Shown here: in pieces, positions 17,709 to 27,300 of the stretch
Layout of the letters: each line of letters starts with the position of its first letter
Position numbering within the stretch: position 1 is the first letter of the stretch
DNA from: Lysobacterales bacterium
GTDB taxonomy: Bacteria > Pseudomonadota > Gammaproteobacteria > Xanthomonadales > Xanthomonadaceae
Length of the DNA: 33,801 nt
NCBI GenBank assembly: GCA_038222295.1
Contig: JBBRHT010000001.1
Span: 1-33,801 of the forward strand
Direction of reading: 5' to 3'
The notes under the pieces: generated by a model
The model's input: the letters and a program-made list of their open reading frames with translations, nothing else
Databases searched by the model: none
What the model was told of the DNA's origin: nothing
Program-made: the position numbers and the translations under genes

Positions 17709-17890
17709 TAACCCCGCGTCTTACGCCGACGGGCACAGCGCCCAACTCGACAGGCGCTTCAGGAATGAGCCAAGTTCAAGGCCCTTTCTGCACATTCGCC
17801 ATGCTGCGGAAAGCGCGATCATCCAATCAGCAGATGGTCACTCCTGCAGTGGCCAGACACGTTTTTCCAGCCGCTCCGACGGAGTTTCCC

Positions 17891-18523
17891 ATGGAAAAGC
17901 AGCAGAACCACTCCTCCCAGGCCGCCATGCCATGGCCGGCCGCGCACGACGCTGGCCGTCGCCATCGCGCAGGCGACTGGACATTGCGCGATGAAGAAAT
18001 CGCGCTGTTCGATGCGCTGGTGCACGACGTGCATCCTGATGCCCCGCGCGTCGACGCGGACCACGTGGCGCAACTGTCGCGATGGCTGCTCTCACTGCCC
18101 GAGCCGGACGCACGCAAGGTGCTAGACGAACGGCTGGCCAGGATCGAAGAGCTGCGGCACATGGTTGTCGATCCCGACTGGGATTGTGCCGGCCGGGACC
18201 GCGTCAACGTCGAAAAGATGCTGGCCTACCTCGACCAGACCGAAAACCTGATCCCCGATCGCATCCCCCTGCTGGGCAAGCTCGACGACGTGATCCTGCT
18301 GGAGCTGACGTGGCCGGCGCTATCGGCCGAAACGGACGAGTACGAGGACTTCTGCCGCTATCGCGATGCCGAGCACCCGACGGGTTCCGGCCCGGAGCAA
18401 CGTGCGGCGTGGATCCAGGATCGGCTCGCCGCGCTTGCGCTGGTGCGGCACCAGCAACGGGTGAGCACCACCCACTATGCCGAATCCGGTCGACCCAGCG
18501 AGCCGTTCCACATCGGCGGTTGA
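17891..18523 (+). CDS. YkvA/DUF1232-domain protein
   Basis: ATG at 17891 after GGAG. Motif LAYL....NLIPDRIPLLGKLDDVILL is characteristic of DUF1232. Confidence 0.8.
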   Translation: MEKQQNHSSQAAMPWPAAHDAGRRHRAGDWTLRDEEIALFDALVHDVHPDAPRVDADHVAQLSRWLLSLPEPDARKVLDERLARIEELRHMVVDPDWDCAGRDRVNVEKMLAYLDQTENLIPDRIPLLGKLDDVILLELTWPALSAETDEYEDFCRYRDAEHPTGSGPEQRAAWIQDRLAALALVRHQQRVSTTHYAESGRPSEPFHIGG

Positions 18524-18605
18524 CCAGCGTCGATTGCCGGTTTCGACGAGGGCTGTTGGACCTGGTGCTGCCAGCCGTGCGTGATGCGCGGCTGGCGCGA
18601 CATCG

Positions 18606-18803
18606 TCAGCGGATCGCCGACCGAACCTCGGCCGCGGTGACTTCCCGCGATTGCTGTCCCGCCATCAGGCGCTCGACGGCCACCTCCTGGATCGAACCGA
18701 TCGCCGCTTCCCACGCGGCATTCCAGATGAGCTGTGCCTGCATCGGCACGCAGTCGCCGCCTTCCCTGCGGTACCACTTGGAGAATTCGCGATCCCTGTG
18801 CAT
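18606..18803 (-). CDS. Small hypothetical protein (65 aa)
   Basis: Good RBS (AGAGGA) just before the ATG. Protein-like sequence with FSKWY and IWNAAWEAA. Occupies an otherwise empty gap. Confidence 0.5.
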   Translation of the reverse strand: MHRDREFSKWYRREGGDCVPMQAQLIWNAAWEAAIGSIQEVAVERLMAGQQSREVTAAEVRSAIR

Positions 18804-18911
18804 GGTGATCCTCTGGTGCTCTCACCGGAGCAACATGCATCCGGGCAAATCCACGTACTTCAGCGCATTGGCAACTGCTCGCAGCAATCGATGCCTGCCA
18901 ACCGACAGGGG

Positions 18912-19484
18912 CTACGGTGACGCTGGCTTCTTCCCTGCATGGGCTGCATTCCATTCCTGCAAGGAGACGAAGCCGTCCTGGTTGGTGTCCATCTTGGCGA
19001 ATCGTGCGCGCGCGATGTGGGCGTGTTCGGCTGCATTGACGACACCGTCATGATTGGCATCCAGAGCGGCGGCGGCGCCCATGACCGGATGCGCACCACC
19101 TGCATCGGCGGACCTGCTGTGCGCGGCCTGCATTTCGGCAGAAGACACCCGGCCGTCGTGATCGGTGTCCAGGCGCTCGAATAGCGCCTGCGCGACGGCG
19201 GCATTCTCCGCGGCAGTCGCGGCCCGCTCATCGCCCGACGTCTCGGCCACGCCCAAGGCCAGGCGCGCCGTCCTCATTTCGTCGCCTGTCAGCTTGCCGT
19301 CGTGGTCGGCATCCATCCGATTGAAGGTTGCCTGCTCGGCCGCCGCATGTTCCTTGAGGGAGATGCGACCGTCGTGGTTGCTGTCGATGTGCTGGAACAT
19401 CGGGCTGGCCTGTCCCCAGACGCTTGCGGAAGCTGCCAGACCGGCCAAAACCAGGAACACCATGGTGCGACGGGGGGAATGCAT
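18912..19484 (-). CDS. Secreted EF-hand calcium-binding protein (5 loops)
   Basis: Signal peptide ending VWG-Q. Canonical DxDxDG..S/T..E loops: DSNHDGRISLKE, DADHDGKLTGDE, DTDHDGRVSSAE, DANHDGVVNAAE, DTNQDGFVSLQE. Confidence 0.9.
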   Translation of the reverse strand: MHSPRRTMVFLVLAGLAASASVWGQASPMFQHIDSNHDGRISLKEHAAAEQATFNRMDADHDGKLTGDEMRTARLALGVAETSGDERAATAAENAAVAQALFERLDTDHDGRVSSAEMQAAHSRSADAGGAHPVMGAAAALDANHDGVVNAAEHAHIARARFAKMDTNQDGFVSLQEWNAAHAGKKPASP

Positions 19485-19637
19485 TGCGCGGCGACTCCAA
19501 ATCGATTGACCACCCAGACTAATCCGGCAGCGTGACCGGCGCATTAACGGCCTGCCCCGGGCCCGTGGGAAAGGTTCAGCTGCGCGATCGCCGCGGCTCC
19601 TTGCGACGCCTGCCTCACCGGCACCTGCTAGCGTGGG

Positions 19638-20420
19638 ATGCCCTCACGGAGACCCCGCATGCGCCTGCTCGTGCTGCTGTGCTCGCTGATCATGCCACTG
19701 GTTGCCTGGATGTCGCAGCGCGGAACCTTCGGCCCAACCAACGGCGCGGTGTCCGATCACTACCCGACGCTGGTGGTCGCCGCCGGCTACGCGTTCGCCA
19801 TCTGGGGTGTGATCTTCGTGCTCGATATCGCCTACGGCATCTGGCAGTCGTCGGCCTCGCGCCGCGCCGACGCGACCCTGGCGCGGATCGCGCCGTTCGC
19901 GGCCGCCGGCTTTGCCCTGACGGCTGCGTGGATGCCACTGTTTTCGATGGGCCTGTTCTGGCTGTGCCTGCTGGTGATCATCGCCGCACTGGCGTGCCTG
20001 CTGCATTGCACGCTCATCCTGTCCCGCGCGAAACAGCCGCCACCGGCGTGGGCATATGGCCCCCTGTCCCTGCACGCGGGCTGGCTGGCGCTGGCGGCGT
20101 TCCTCAATTCGGCACAGGTGATCGTCGCCTATCGCCTGTTGCCCACGCAGCAGATGCTGGGCTGGAGCCTGGCGCTGTTCGCACTCGCCGCGGCCCTGCT
20201 GCTGGTGCTCAACGCCCGCATGCGTGGCAACGCCGTGTTCGTCGCCGCCGCCGCGTGGGCGCTGGTCGCCGTGTACGTGAAACAGTCGCAATGGCAGCTG
20301 CCCGGCGCCAGCATCGCCGCGTGGGTTGCGCTGGCCATCGCGCTGCTGCTGGTCGTGCAGCTGCTGTGGCTGCGCATGCGGCCGCGTACTGCCGGCGACG
20401 CGGCGCTCGCCAGTCGCTAG
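19638..20420 (+). CDS. Integral membrane protein, TspO/MBR-related (tryptophan-rich sensory-like)
   Basis: About 8 hydrophobic helices. Motifs VSDHYPTLVVAAGYAFAIWGVIF and LSLHAGWL..A..LN. Start could be 19659. Confidence 0.65.
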   Translation: MPSRRPRMRLLVLLCSLIMPLVAWMSQRGTFGPTNGAVSDHYPTLVVAAGYAFAIWGVIFVLDIAYGIWQSSASRRADATLARIAPFAAAGFALTAAWMPLFSMGLFWLCLLVIIAALACLLHCTLILSRAKQPPPAWAYGPLSLHAGWLALAAFLNSAQVIVAYRLLPTQQMLGWSLALFALAAALLLVLNARMRGNAVFVAAAAWALVAVYVKQSQWQLPGASIAAWVALAIALLLVVQLLWLRMRPRTAGDAALASR

Positions 20421-20435
20421 CGAGGCCGGCAGGCG

Positions 20436-20990
20436 TCAGGCGGCACCCGTGCGCACGTCGATTGCCAGCGCAGCGGCAATGACACGCATCCCTTCGTCAT
20501 CGCGGCTCTGGGTGATCCAGCCGCCGGTGGCATCGGTCCCGGTGTCCCACGTCCACAATGTATAGCCGTGTTCGCGCAGGCGGTCGAAGGCGACCGCGAC
20601 CAGCGCGCCGACGTCGGTGCGCGCGAGGAAGTCGTCGTCGGTGGGATCCTCCACGCCCCAGTCCACGCGCAGGTTCCAGCGTGCGGTGAGCTCGGCGATG
20701 GCGTCGATGAAAGTGGCGACGTCATCGTCGGCGACGTGGAATCCTGCCTTCCAGTCGATGATGTCCTTGAGCAGCTCAAGCGGCTCGACATCGTTGGCAT
20801 CGGCGGATGCGTCCTGCCATGCGGTGAACTGCTGGAGCGCCGCGTCCTCGTCGGCAGGATTGATCAACAGCAACAGCTGCCACACGAGCGCCTCGACCGT
20901 GGCATCGTCATCCGGCTCTTCCATGCCGCTGGCGAAAAAGCCGTTGGCGAAATTGTCGTCGGGATCGAATTCGCTGTCGGGGTTGGTCAT
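20436..20990 (-). CDS. Acidic hypothetical protein (DUF6630-like, tentative)
   Basis: C-terminal part of ORF 20436..21362. ATG at 20990 after GGAG. 184 aa, very acidic, with IDWK and GYTLWTWDTGTD motifs. Confidence 0.7.
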   Translation of the reverse strand: MTNPDSEFDPDDNFANGFFASGMEEPDDDATVEALVWQLLLLINPADEDAALQQFTAWQDASADANDVEPLELLKDIIDWKAGFHVADDDVATFIDAIAELTARWNLRVDWGVEDPTDDDFLARTDVGALVAVAFDRLREHGYTLWTWDTGTDATGGWITQSRDDEGMRVIAAALAIDVRTGAA

Positions 20991-21094
20991 GGCGTTACTC
21001 CGCGCTGAAGGGAAAAAGTAGCAGGAACGTGCACAGTCGCACCCGCATGCGACAGCATGGCACTCTGCCGGACCGGTTCCCTCACATGCCAGCC

Positions 21095-22513
21095 ATGCCC
21101 ACTGCCGTGATCTGGTTCCGCAATGACCTGCGCCTGGACGACAACCCGGCCGTGCAGGCGGCGCTGGCGCGTGGATTCTGCTTGTTGCCGGTCTATGTGC
21201 ACGCGCCGGGAGAGGAAGGTGACTGGGCGCCGGGCGCGGCTTCCAATGCGTGGCGCGCGCAGTCGCTGGTGGCGCTGGATGCCGCGCTGCAGGCACGCGG
21301 CAACCGCCTGCATTGCGCACGCGGCGACAGCCTGGAGCTGCTGCGCGGGATTGCGAAGGCAAGCGGCGCCGAAGCGGTGCTCTGGAACCGGCGCTACGAG
21401 CCGGCCATCGAAGCGCGTGACGCCGCGATCAAACGCGGGTTGCGCGCCGACGGAATGCACGCGGAAAGCTTCAACGGCAGCCTGCTGCGCGAACCCTGGG
21501 ACGTGCAGACGCAACAGGGCGATCCGTACCGCGTGTTCACTGCCTACTGGAAGACCGCAGCGTCGACGCGCGGCGCATTGCGCACCAGCACGGCGCCGCG
21601 GGTGCTGCCGGCCCCGGACACGCCAATGCTGCGCGCACTCGGGCCGCAGTCGCTGCCCTTGCTGCCCGACTCGCGATGGGACGCGGGATTCCACGTCGAG
21701 GCGGCACCCGGCGAGGCGGGCGCGATACGCGCGCTGCGCCGCTTCATCGACACCGGCCTGGCCGACTATGCCCAGGCGCGCGATGTCCCCGGTCGCGCCG
21801 GCACGTCGCGGCTTTCGCCGCACCTGCACTTCGGCGAGATCTCGGTGCAGCGGGTGGTCGCGGAAGTGGAGGCCAGCAACGCGCCCCCGGCGGCCATTGC
21901 CGCCTTCGTCCGCGAGTTGGGTTGGCGTGAGTTCGCCTACCACCTCATGCACCATTTTCCGCACACCGTTGAGCGCAACCTCAATCCGCGCTTCGACGAC
22001 CTGCAGTGGGCGAAGCCAGCGCCGGGACTGCTGGCCGCCTGGCAACAGGGCCGCACCGGGATCCCGATCATCGATGCCGGCATGCGCCAGCTCTGGCACG
22101 CCGGCTGGGTGCACAACCGCGTGCGCATGCTGGTCGCCAGCCTGCTGACCAAGAACCTGCGCATGCACTGGAGCCTGGGTGCGCGCTGGTTCTGGGACAC
22201 GCTGGTCGATGCCGACCTGGCCAGCAACACGCTGGGCTGGCAATGGGTGGCGGGCACCGGCGCCGATGCCGCGCCGTACTTCCGCATCTTCAATCCGGTG
22301 CTGCAGGCGCAACGCTTCGACGCCGATGGTGCCTATGTGCGCCGATGGCTGCCTGAACTCGCCGGGCTGCCAGATGCTGCGCTATACGCACCATGGAAGC
22401 AGCCCGCGTTGCTGCGCCAGCATGCGCCACGCTATCCGCGCGAGCCGGTGGTCGACCTGGCCGCGAGCCGGGAGATGGCGCTCGCTGCCTACCAGGCCCT
22501 GCGCCAGCGCTGA
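21095..22513 (+). CDS. phrB: Deoxyribodipyrimidine photolyase
   Basis: WFRNDLRLDDNPA, TSRLSPHLHFGEIS, RELGWREF, GRTGIPIIDAGMRQLW..GW.HNRVRM, LVDADLASN..GWQW, PYFRIFNP. Confidence 0.95.
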   Translation: MPTAVIWFRNDLRLDDNPAVQAALARGFCLLPVYVHAPGEEGDWAPGAASNAWRAQSLVALDAALQARGNRLHCARGDSLELLRGIAKASGAEAVLWNRRYEPAIEARDAAIKRGLRADGMHAESFNGSLLREPWDVQTQQGDPYRVFTAYWKTAASTRGALRTSTAPRVLPAPDTPMLRALGPQSLPLLPDSRWDAGFHVEAAPGEAGAIRALRRFIDTGLADYAQARDVPGRAGTSRLSPHLHFGEISVQRVVAEVEASNAPPAAIAAFVRELGWREFAYHLMHHFPHTVERNLNPRFDDLQWAKPAPGLLAAWQQGRTGIPIIDAGMRQLWHAGWVHNRVRMLVASLLTKNLRMHWSLGARWFWDTLVDADLASNTLGWQWVAGTGADAAPYFRIFNPVLQAQRFDADGAYVRRWLPELAGLPDAALYAPWKQPALLRQHAPRYPREPVVDLAASREMALAAYQALRQR

Positions 22514-22520
22514 TGCCGGA

Positions 22521-23027
22521 CTATTGCCGTCCCACGTCCAGCGTCACGTGCCCGCCGGCATCCACGCGGATCGTGTAGAGCGCGTCGTAGTTGTCATCGC
22601 CCAACGCCGCGATGCGGCAGGTGCACAAGGCGGCAACAAGCCCGGGAACGTTGTTGCTGTGGCCGACGACCAGGACCGCCCCCCGGTGATGACGCGCCCG
22701 CAATGTCGCCGCGAAATCCGACGCCGCGATGGCCGGGGCGTAGGTGCTGACCGCGATGCCGTGGGTCGCCGCTACTGCCTGCGCGGTCTGTTGCGTGCGC
22801 CGGAATGGCGTCGCATACGCCGCCGTGAGCGGGCTCGTGGACAGCCGCAGTGCCAAGGCCTGCGCACGCGCCCGGCCAGCAGCGCTCAAGGGCGGATCGC
22901 GGCTGCCATCCTCGGCTGTCTCCGCGTGGCGGACGATGATGAAGGTCGTGGCCGCGTCCTGCGCCTGCACGCCCGCACAACCAGCCAGGAGCAGCACCGA
23001 CAAGCAGCAGGCAATGATCAGGCGCAT
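22521..23027 (-). CDS. Histidine phosphatase family (SixA/phosphoglycerate mutase-like) lipoprotein
   Basis: Lipobox LAGC, catalytic VRHAE, DPPLSAAGRARA, RTQQTA, VLVVGHSN. Confidence 0.88.
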   Translation of the reverse strand: MRLIIACCLSVLLLAGCAGVQAQDAATTFIIVRHAETAEDGSRDPPLSAAGRARAQALALRLSTSPLTAAYATPFRRTQQTAQAVAATHGIAVSTYAPAIAASDFAATLRARHHRGAVLVVGHSNNVPGLVAALCTCRIAALGDDNYDALYTIRVDAGGHVTLDVGRQ

Positions 23028-23145
23028 TGCGGAAGACCTTCGTCGCAGGTACGAGCGCAGCTTACCCGACCGCGGCATGCAGGCCCTGCGGCGCAGATGC
23101 GACGACCGGCAGGGCGTCGCCATCGAACGCCAATGGGTACGCCCT

Positions 23146-23877
23146 TTACTGCGGCTTGCCCATCGCCTGGCCCGCTTCCATTTCCGCCTTCGTCAGGTAA
23201 CCGTCGTGGTTGCCGTCCATGCGCGTGAACATCGCCTGCGCGCCGGCGGCGAGTTCGGCGGACGTGACCTTGCCGTCATGGTTGGCATCCATCGCCTGCA
23301 TGTGCGCGTGCATGCGCGCGCGCATTGGCATGTCGGCCTTGTCGTCGGCATCCATCGTCATGCCGGCCATGTCGTGGTCGCCCATCGCCATGCCGGGCAT
23401 GTCCTGGTCGCCCATCTTCATCCCGGCCATGGCGTGGTCGCCCATGGCCTGTCCGTGTCCGGCCTGCATCTCCGCAGCGGTGATCTTGCCGTCATGGTTG
23501 ACGTCCATGCGGACGAACATCGCATTCGCGGCGGCGGCATGTTCGGCTGCAGTGATCGCGCCATCATGGTTGGCATCCATGCGCGACATCATCTCCTGCA
23601 TGCCGCCGTGCATGCGGTGGTCGCCGGCACCTTGGTCGCCATGCATCCCGCCGCGCCCGGAGGCCATCTCGTCGGCGGTGACCGCGCCATCGTTGTTGGC
23701 GTCCATGCGCACTAACATCGCCTGGACGCCAGCGGCATGCTCCTGCGCCGAAACGCGGCCATCGTTGTTGCTGTCCATGCGCTGGAACATGCCGTCGCCG
23801 TGGCCCCAGGCGGCGCCGCACAACGCGAGGGTACCCATCAGGGAAAACAGTGTCGTATGGCGAAGGTTGCGGATCAT
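23146..23877 (-). CDS. Secreted EF-hand protein (6 loops) with Met/His-rich linkers
   Basis: ATG at 23877 after GAGGAG. Signal peptide ending AWG-H. Loops DSNNDGRVSAQE, DANNDGAVTADE, DANHDGAITAAE, DVNHDGKITAAE, DANHDGKVTSAE, DGNHDGYLTKAE. Confidence 0.9.
   Translation of the reverse strand: MIRNLRHTTLFSLMGTLALCGAAWGHGDGMFQRMDSNNDGRVSAQEHAAGVQAMLVRMDANNDGAVTADEMASGRGGMHGDQGAGDHRMHGGMQEMMSRMDANHDGAITAAEHAAAANAMFVRMDVNHDGKITAAEMQAGHGQAMGDHAMAGMKMGDQDMPGMAMGDHDMAGMTMDADDKADMPMRARMHAHMQAMDANHDGKVTSAELAAGAQAMFTRMDGNHDGYLTKAEMEAGQAMGKPQ
23353..23445. repeat. Three imperfect 30-bp tandem repeats (coding) in the EF-hand gene
   Basis: CATCGTCATGCCGGCCATGTCGTGGTCGCC / CATCGCCATGCCGGGCATGTCCTGGTCGCC / CATCTTCATCCCGGCCATGGCGTGGTCGCC. 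These encode MGDHAMAGMK-MGDQDMPGMA-MGDHDMAGMT on the minus strand. Confidence 0.9.
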
Positions 23878-23995
23878 GGGAAGCTCCTCGAAAGTGTCGG
23901 CGCAGCGTGCGCCGTGACCGATGAGTGGAGCGTTAATGACGGCAGCGTGCGCGGTGCGGCCGCCAGGGCGGGCTGCGCGCATGGCTGGCCGGCGG

Positions 23996-24313
23996 CTACC
24001 CGGTCCGGCCCAGGGCCTCGAGCACCTGGCGCACGTCGTCGTCCTGCTGCTCGCCAAATTGCAGTCCGAAGTGATCGCTGGCCACGCGCGCGACGCGCGC
24101 CTGCATCACGATCGGCGTGTCGCTCGACGGCAGGAACAGGATCCTCAGCTCCGCGCCGTGCACGGGCGACCAGCCCGGGAACGCGGCCACCCTGACGCCG
24201 CCGGAGGAGATATCGAGGACATGGGTCTCATGACCGTGCCCGTTGGGCGTGACGACAACGGCATCCATGACATTCAACCGCGCGTGTCGCCGCTGTTCGA
24301 TGGACGCTTCCAT
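23996..24313 (-). CDS. Stand-alone PilZ-domain protein
   Basis: About 105 aa with both c-di-GMP-binding motifs, QRRHAR (RxxxR) and DISSGG (DxSxxG), and a C-terminal FGLQF. Confidence 0.9.
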   Translation of the reverse strand: MEASIEQRRHARLNVMDAVVVTPNGHGHETHVLDISSGGVRVAAFPGWSPVHGAELRILFLPSSDTPIVMQARVARVASDHFGLQFGEQQDDDVRQVLEALGRTG

Positions 24314-24373
24314 GGGCCGATGGTAGACCATCGGCCTGCGCCGTGATGTCACCGGACGTTGACGCTGCCCACG

Positions 24374-27300
24374 TCAGGGAATCTCCCTTGAGACACCCAT
24401 GTCGGCGGGAATTCCGGATCGCGCGGCGAGCTTGATGGCAGGCTCCCCGGCTGCCTGCAAGGCAGCATCCAGTGCCGGCAATGCCTGCGCCTTGATTCGC
24501 GTCCATTGCTGCAGGGCGCGTTCCAGTCGCGCGGCGTATTGCGCATGGACCGCGCGCTGCGGCGCGGTCGGTGCGCGGTCCGAACTCTCCAGGTCGACTT
24601 CCAGCGCAGTAAACTCACCGCCGATCGCGGACATGTTCAACGGTGCCTGTTCGCCCTCGCCTTCGACCAGTGGCGACAGCGTGGCGCTGAACGCCTTGAT
24701 GGCGCTTGCCAATGCCGGGGCCTGCGGCGTCTTCGTGGCCAGTGCCTGGACCTGCTTGTTCGCGGCCTGGATTTCCGCGTTGGCGACGGCTTGGCGCGAC
24801 ATGGCGGCGGTGAGGTCGGCCGACAGGGCCAATGCCTGGGTCACCGCGGCGGGATCCACCGGGACGCGCGGATCGGCGACGACATCCAGCGTCGTGCGCT
24901 GCTCCTGCCCATTCGCCCTCAGCACAAGCGTGTAGCGACCGGGCGCAACCAGCATGCCTTCGGGCAACAGCGTCGCCTCGTCGCCGTCGATCGCCGCGAT
25001 GCTGTAGCCGTAGGCATCCGCGCGCGGGCGCGGCATCCGCAGGTTCCAGGAGAACCGGTGCGCGCCGGCACTCCCGGCAAGCCGCTGCGGCGTGCCCAGC
25101 CAACGCTCCTCGAAGTAGCGATCGACCGGCAACGCCGGCGTTGCATCGTCGCTCGAGAATGCCTGCACTTGCGCGCCGCCCGCATCGAGGATGCGCAGCG
25201 TCACCGGACCCTTGGCATCGCTGGCGAGCCAGTAGTCGATCGCCGCACCGTCGGGTGGATTGCGTCCGGCGGGTTCCTCGCGCGGCAGCGGCGTGTCGCG
25301 GTTCTGGTTGCCGCGCAGGCGCACGGCGGGATCGGGCCGGAACAGATGCACCGGCTCGCGCACGACGGCGGCGTCGAGCTGGCGCAACGGCGCCAACGAA
25401 TCCATCAGCCAGATCGAACGTCCCTGCGTGGCCACGACCAGGTCGTCGCCATGCACCAGCAGGTCGGTGACGATGCTGCTGGGCAGGTTGCGTTGCAGGG
25501 ACTGCCAATGGTCGCCGTCGTCGAACGATACCCAGACTCCGCGATCGGTCCCCGCGTACAACAGGCCGCGTTGCTTCGGATCGGCGCGCACCACGCCGAC
25601 GAAGTGGCCATCGGGCAAGCCGGCGCCGATCGGCGTCCATGTCCTGCCGTCGTCGTGCGTGCGCCAGGCCATCGGTCGGAAATCATCGGCGCGGTGGTTG
25701 TCCACCGCGATGTAGGCGGTGGCGGGGTCCAGCGCCGACACGTCCACCGTGCTGATCTTCGACCACGCCGGGACACCAGCAGGCGTCACGTCCTGCCACT
25801 GCGTGCCGCCATCGCGCGTCATCTTGACGCGGCCGTCGTCGGTGCCCAGCCAGATCCGGTCGTTGTCGCGCGGCGACAAACCGATGCTGAAGATCACGCC
25901 GTAGCCGCAGGCCCGCGCGCCTTCCGGCGCCTGGTCCTTGTCGCAATCGCCGCGCGCCGGGTCGCGCGGAGCGACATCAGGGCTGACGATCGTCCACGTC
26001 GCGCCCTGGTCGAGCGAGCGGAACAACACCTGCGCGCCCTGGTACAGCGGATACGGTGCGACCGACGACACCGCGATCGGGGTGATCCAGGAGTAGCGGT
26101 ATTTCGCGGCGATGGGCCGCGCGCCGTAGGTCGACACCGGCCACGGCGAGATGTTCTGCACTTCGCCGTTGCGCGCATCCCAGCGCGACAGTCGGCCGCC
26201 GAGCCCGGAGCCGTAGACGATGTCCGGATTGCGCGGGTCGGGGATGTCGTAATCGCGCTCGTCCGCACCGACCGGATGCCAGTCGCGCGAGGTGATCGCG
26301 CCGTAGTCGGTGCGGCTGGCGATCGCGACGGTGCCGTTGTCCTGCTGCCCGGCATAGATCCAGTACGGGAACCGGTTGTCCGTCGCCAGGTGGTAGAGCT
26401 GGCCGGTGGGCTGGTTGTACCAGCTGCTCCACGTCGCGCCGCCATCGACGGTGACGACCGTGCCCTGGTCGGAGCCGGTGATCATGCGCTGCGGATCTTT
26501 CGGGTTGATCCAGAGGTCGTGGTAATCGTCGCCGCCGGGGGAGCCCTTGATGATGTCGCAGCGGCTGCCGCCGTTGCTGCAACGATGAATCGAGCGCCCC
26601 ATCGCGAACACGGTGTCGGGATCGTCCGGGGCGATGGCCAGTCGCGAGAAGTAGGCATTGATTAGTTCGCCATCGTCGTTGACGCGTTGCCAATGCCCGC
26701 CCGCGTCGTCGGATCGGTACAGGCCGCCGGTCTTTTCCGCGTCGACGACTGCGTAGACGCGTGTGCCGGATGCGACATGCGTTGCCGCCAGGCCGATGCG
26801 TCCCAACTTGCCGTCCGGCCAGCCGCCGCCGGACAGGCGCGTCCAGTGCCGCCCGCCATCGACGGATTTGAAGATGCCGCTTTCCTGGCCGTAGTCGGGC
26901 GTGAAATAGCTCATCCATGGCCGGAAGCGCACTTGCCACACCGATGCGAACACGACGCTGGAGTCCGCCGGGTCCGCGACGACATCGACCGCGCCGGTGT
27001 CCGCGCTCACGAACAGCGTCCTGCTCCAGCTCCTGCCGCCGTCGTCGGAACGAAACACGCCGCGCTCGTCGTTGGGGCCGAACACATGTCCCAGCGCGCC
27101 GACCAGGACGTGGTCCGGATTCGCCGGATCGACCCAGATCGAACCGATGTGGCGCGTGTCCTTCAGCCCGACCGATGCCCACGTCTTGCCTGCGTCGACC
27201 GACTTGAAGACGCCTTCGCCAGCGGCGACGTCATAGCGCGTGGTGATCTGTCCGGTACCGACATAGATGACGCGCGGATCCGATGGCGCCACGGCGATGG

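Noticed and set aside
23146-23800. Recurring CCGTCATGGTTG-like DNA repeats that could look like a CRISPR array
   Set aside because: They are degenerate, in-frame codons of EF-hand loops, without constant repeat or spacer lengths, and there are no cas genes.
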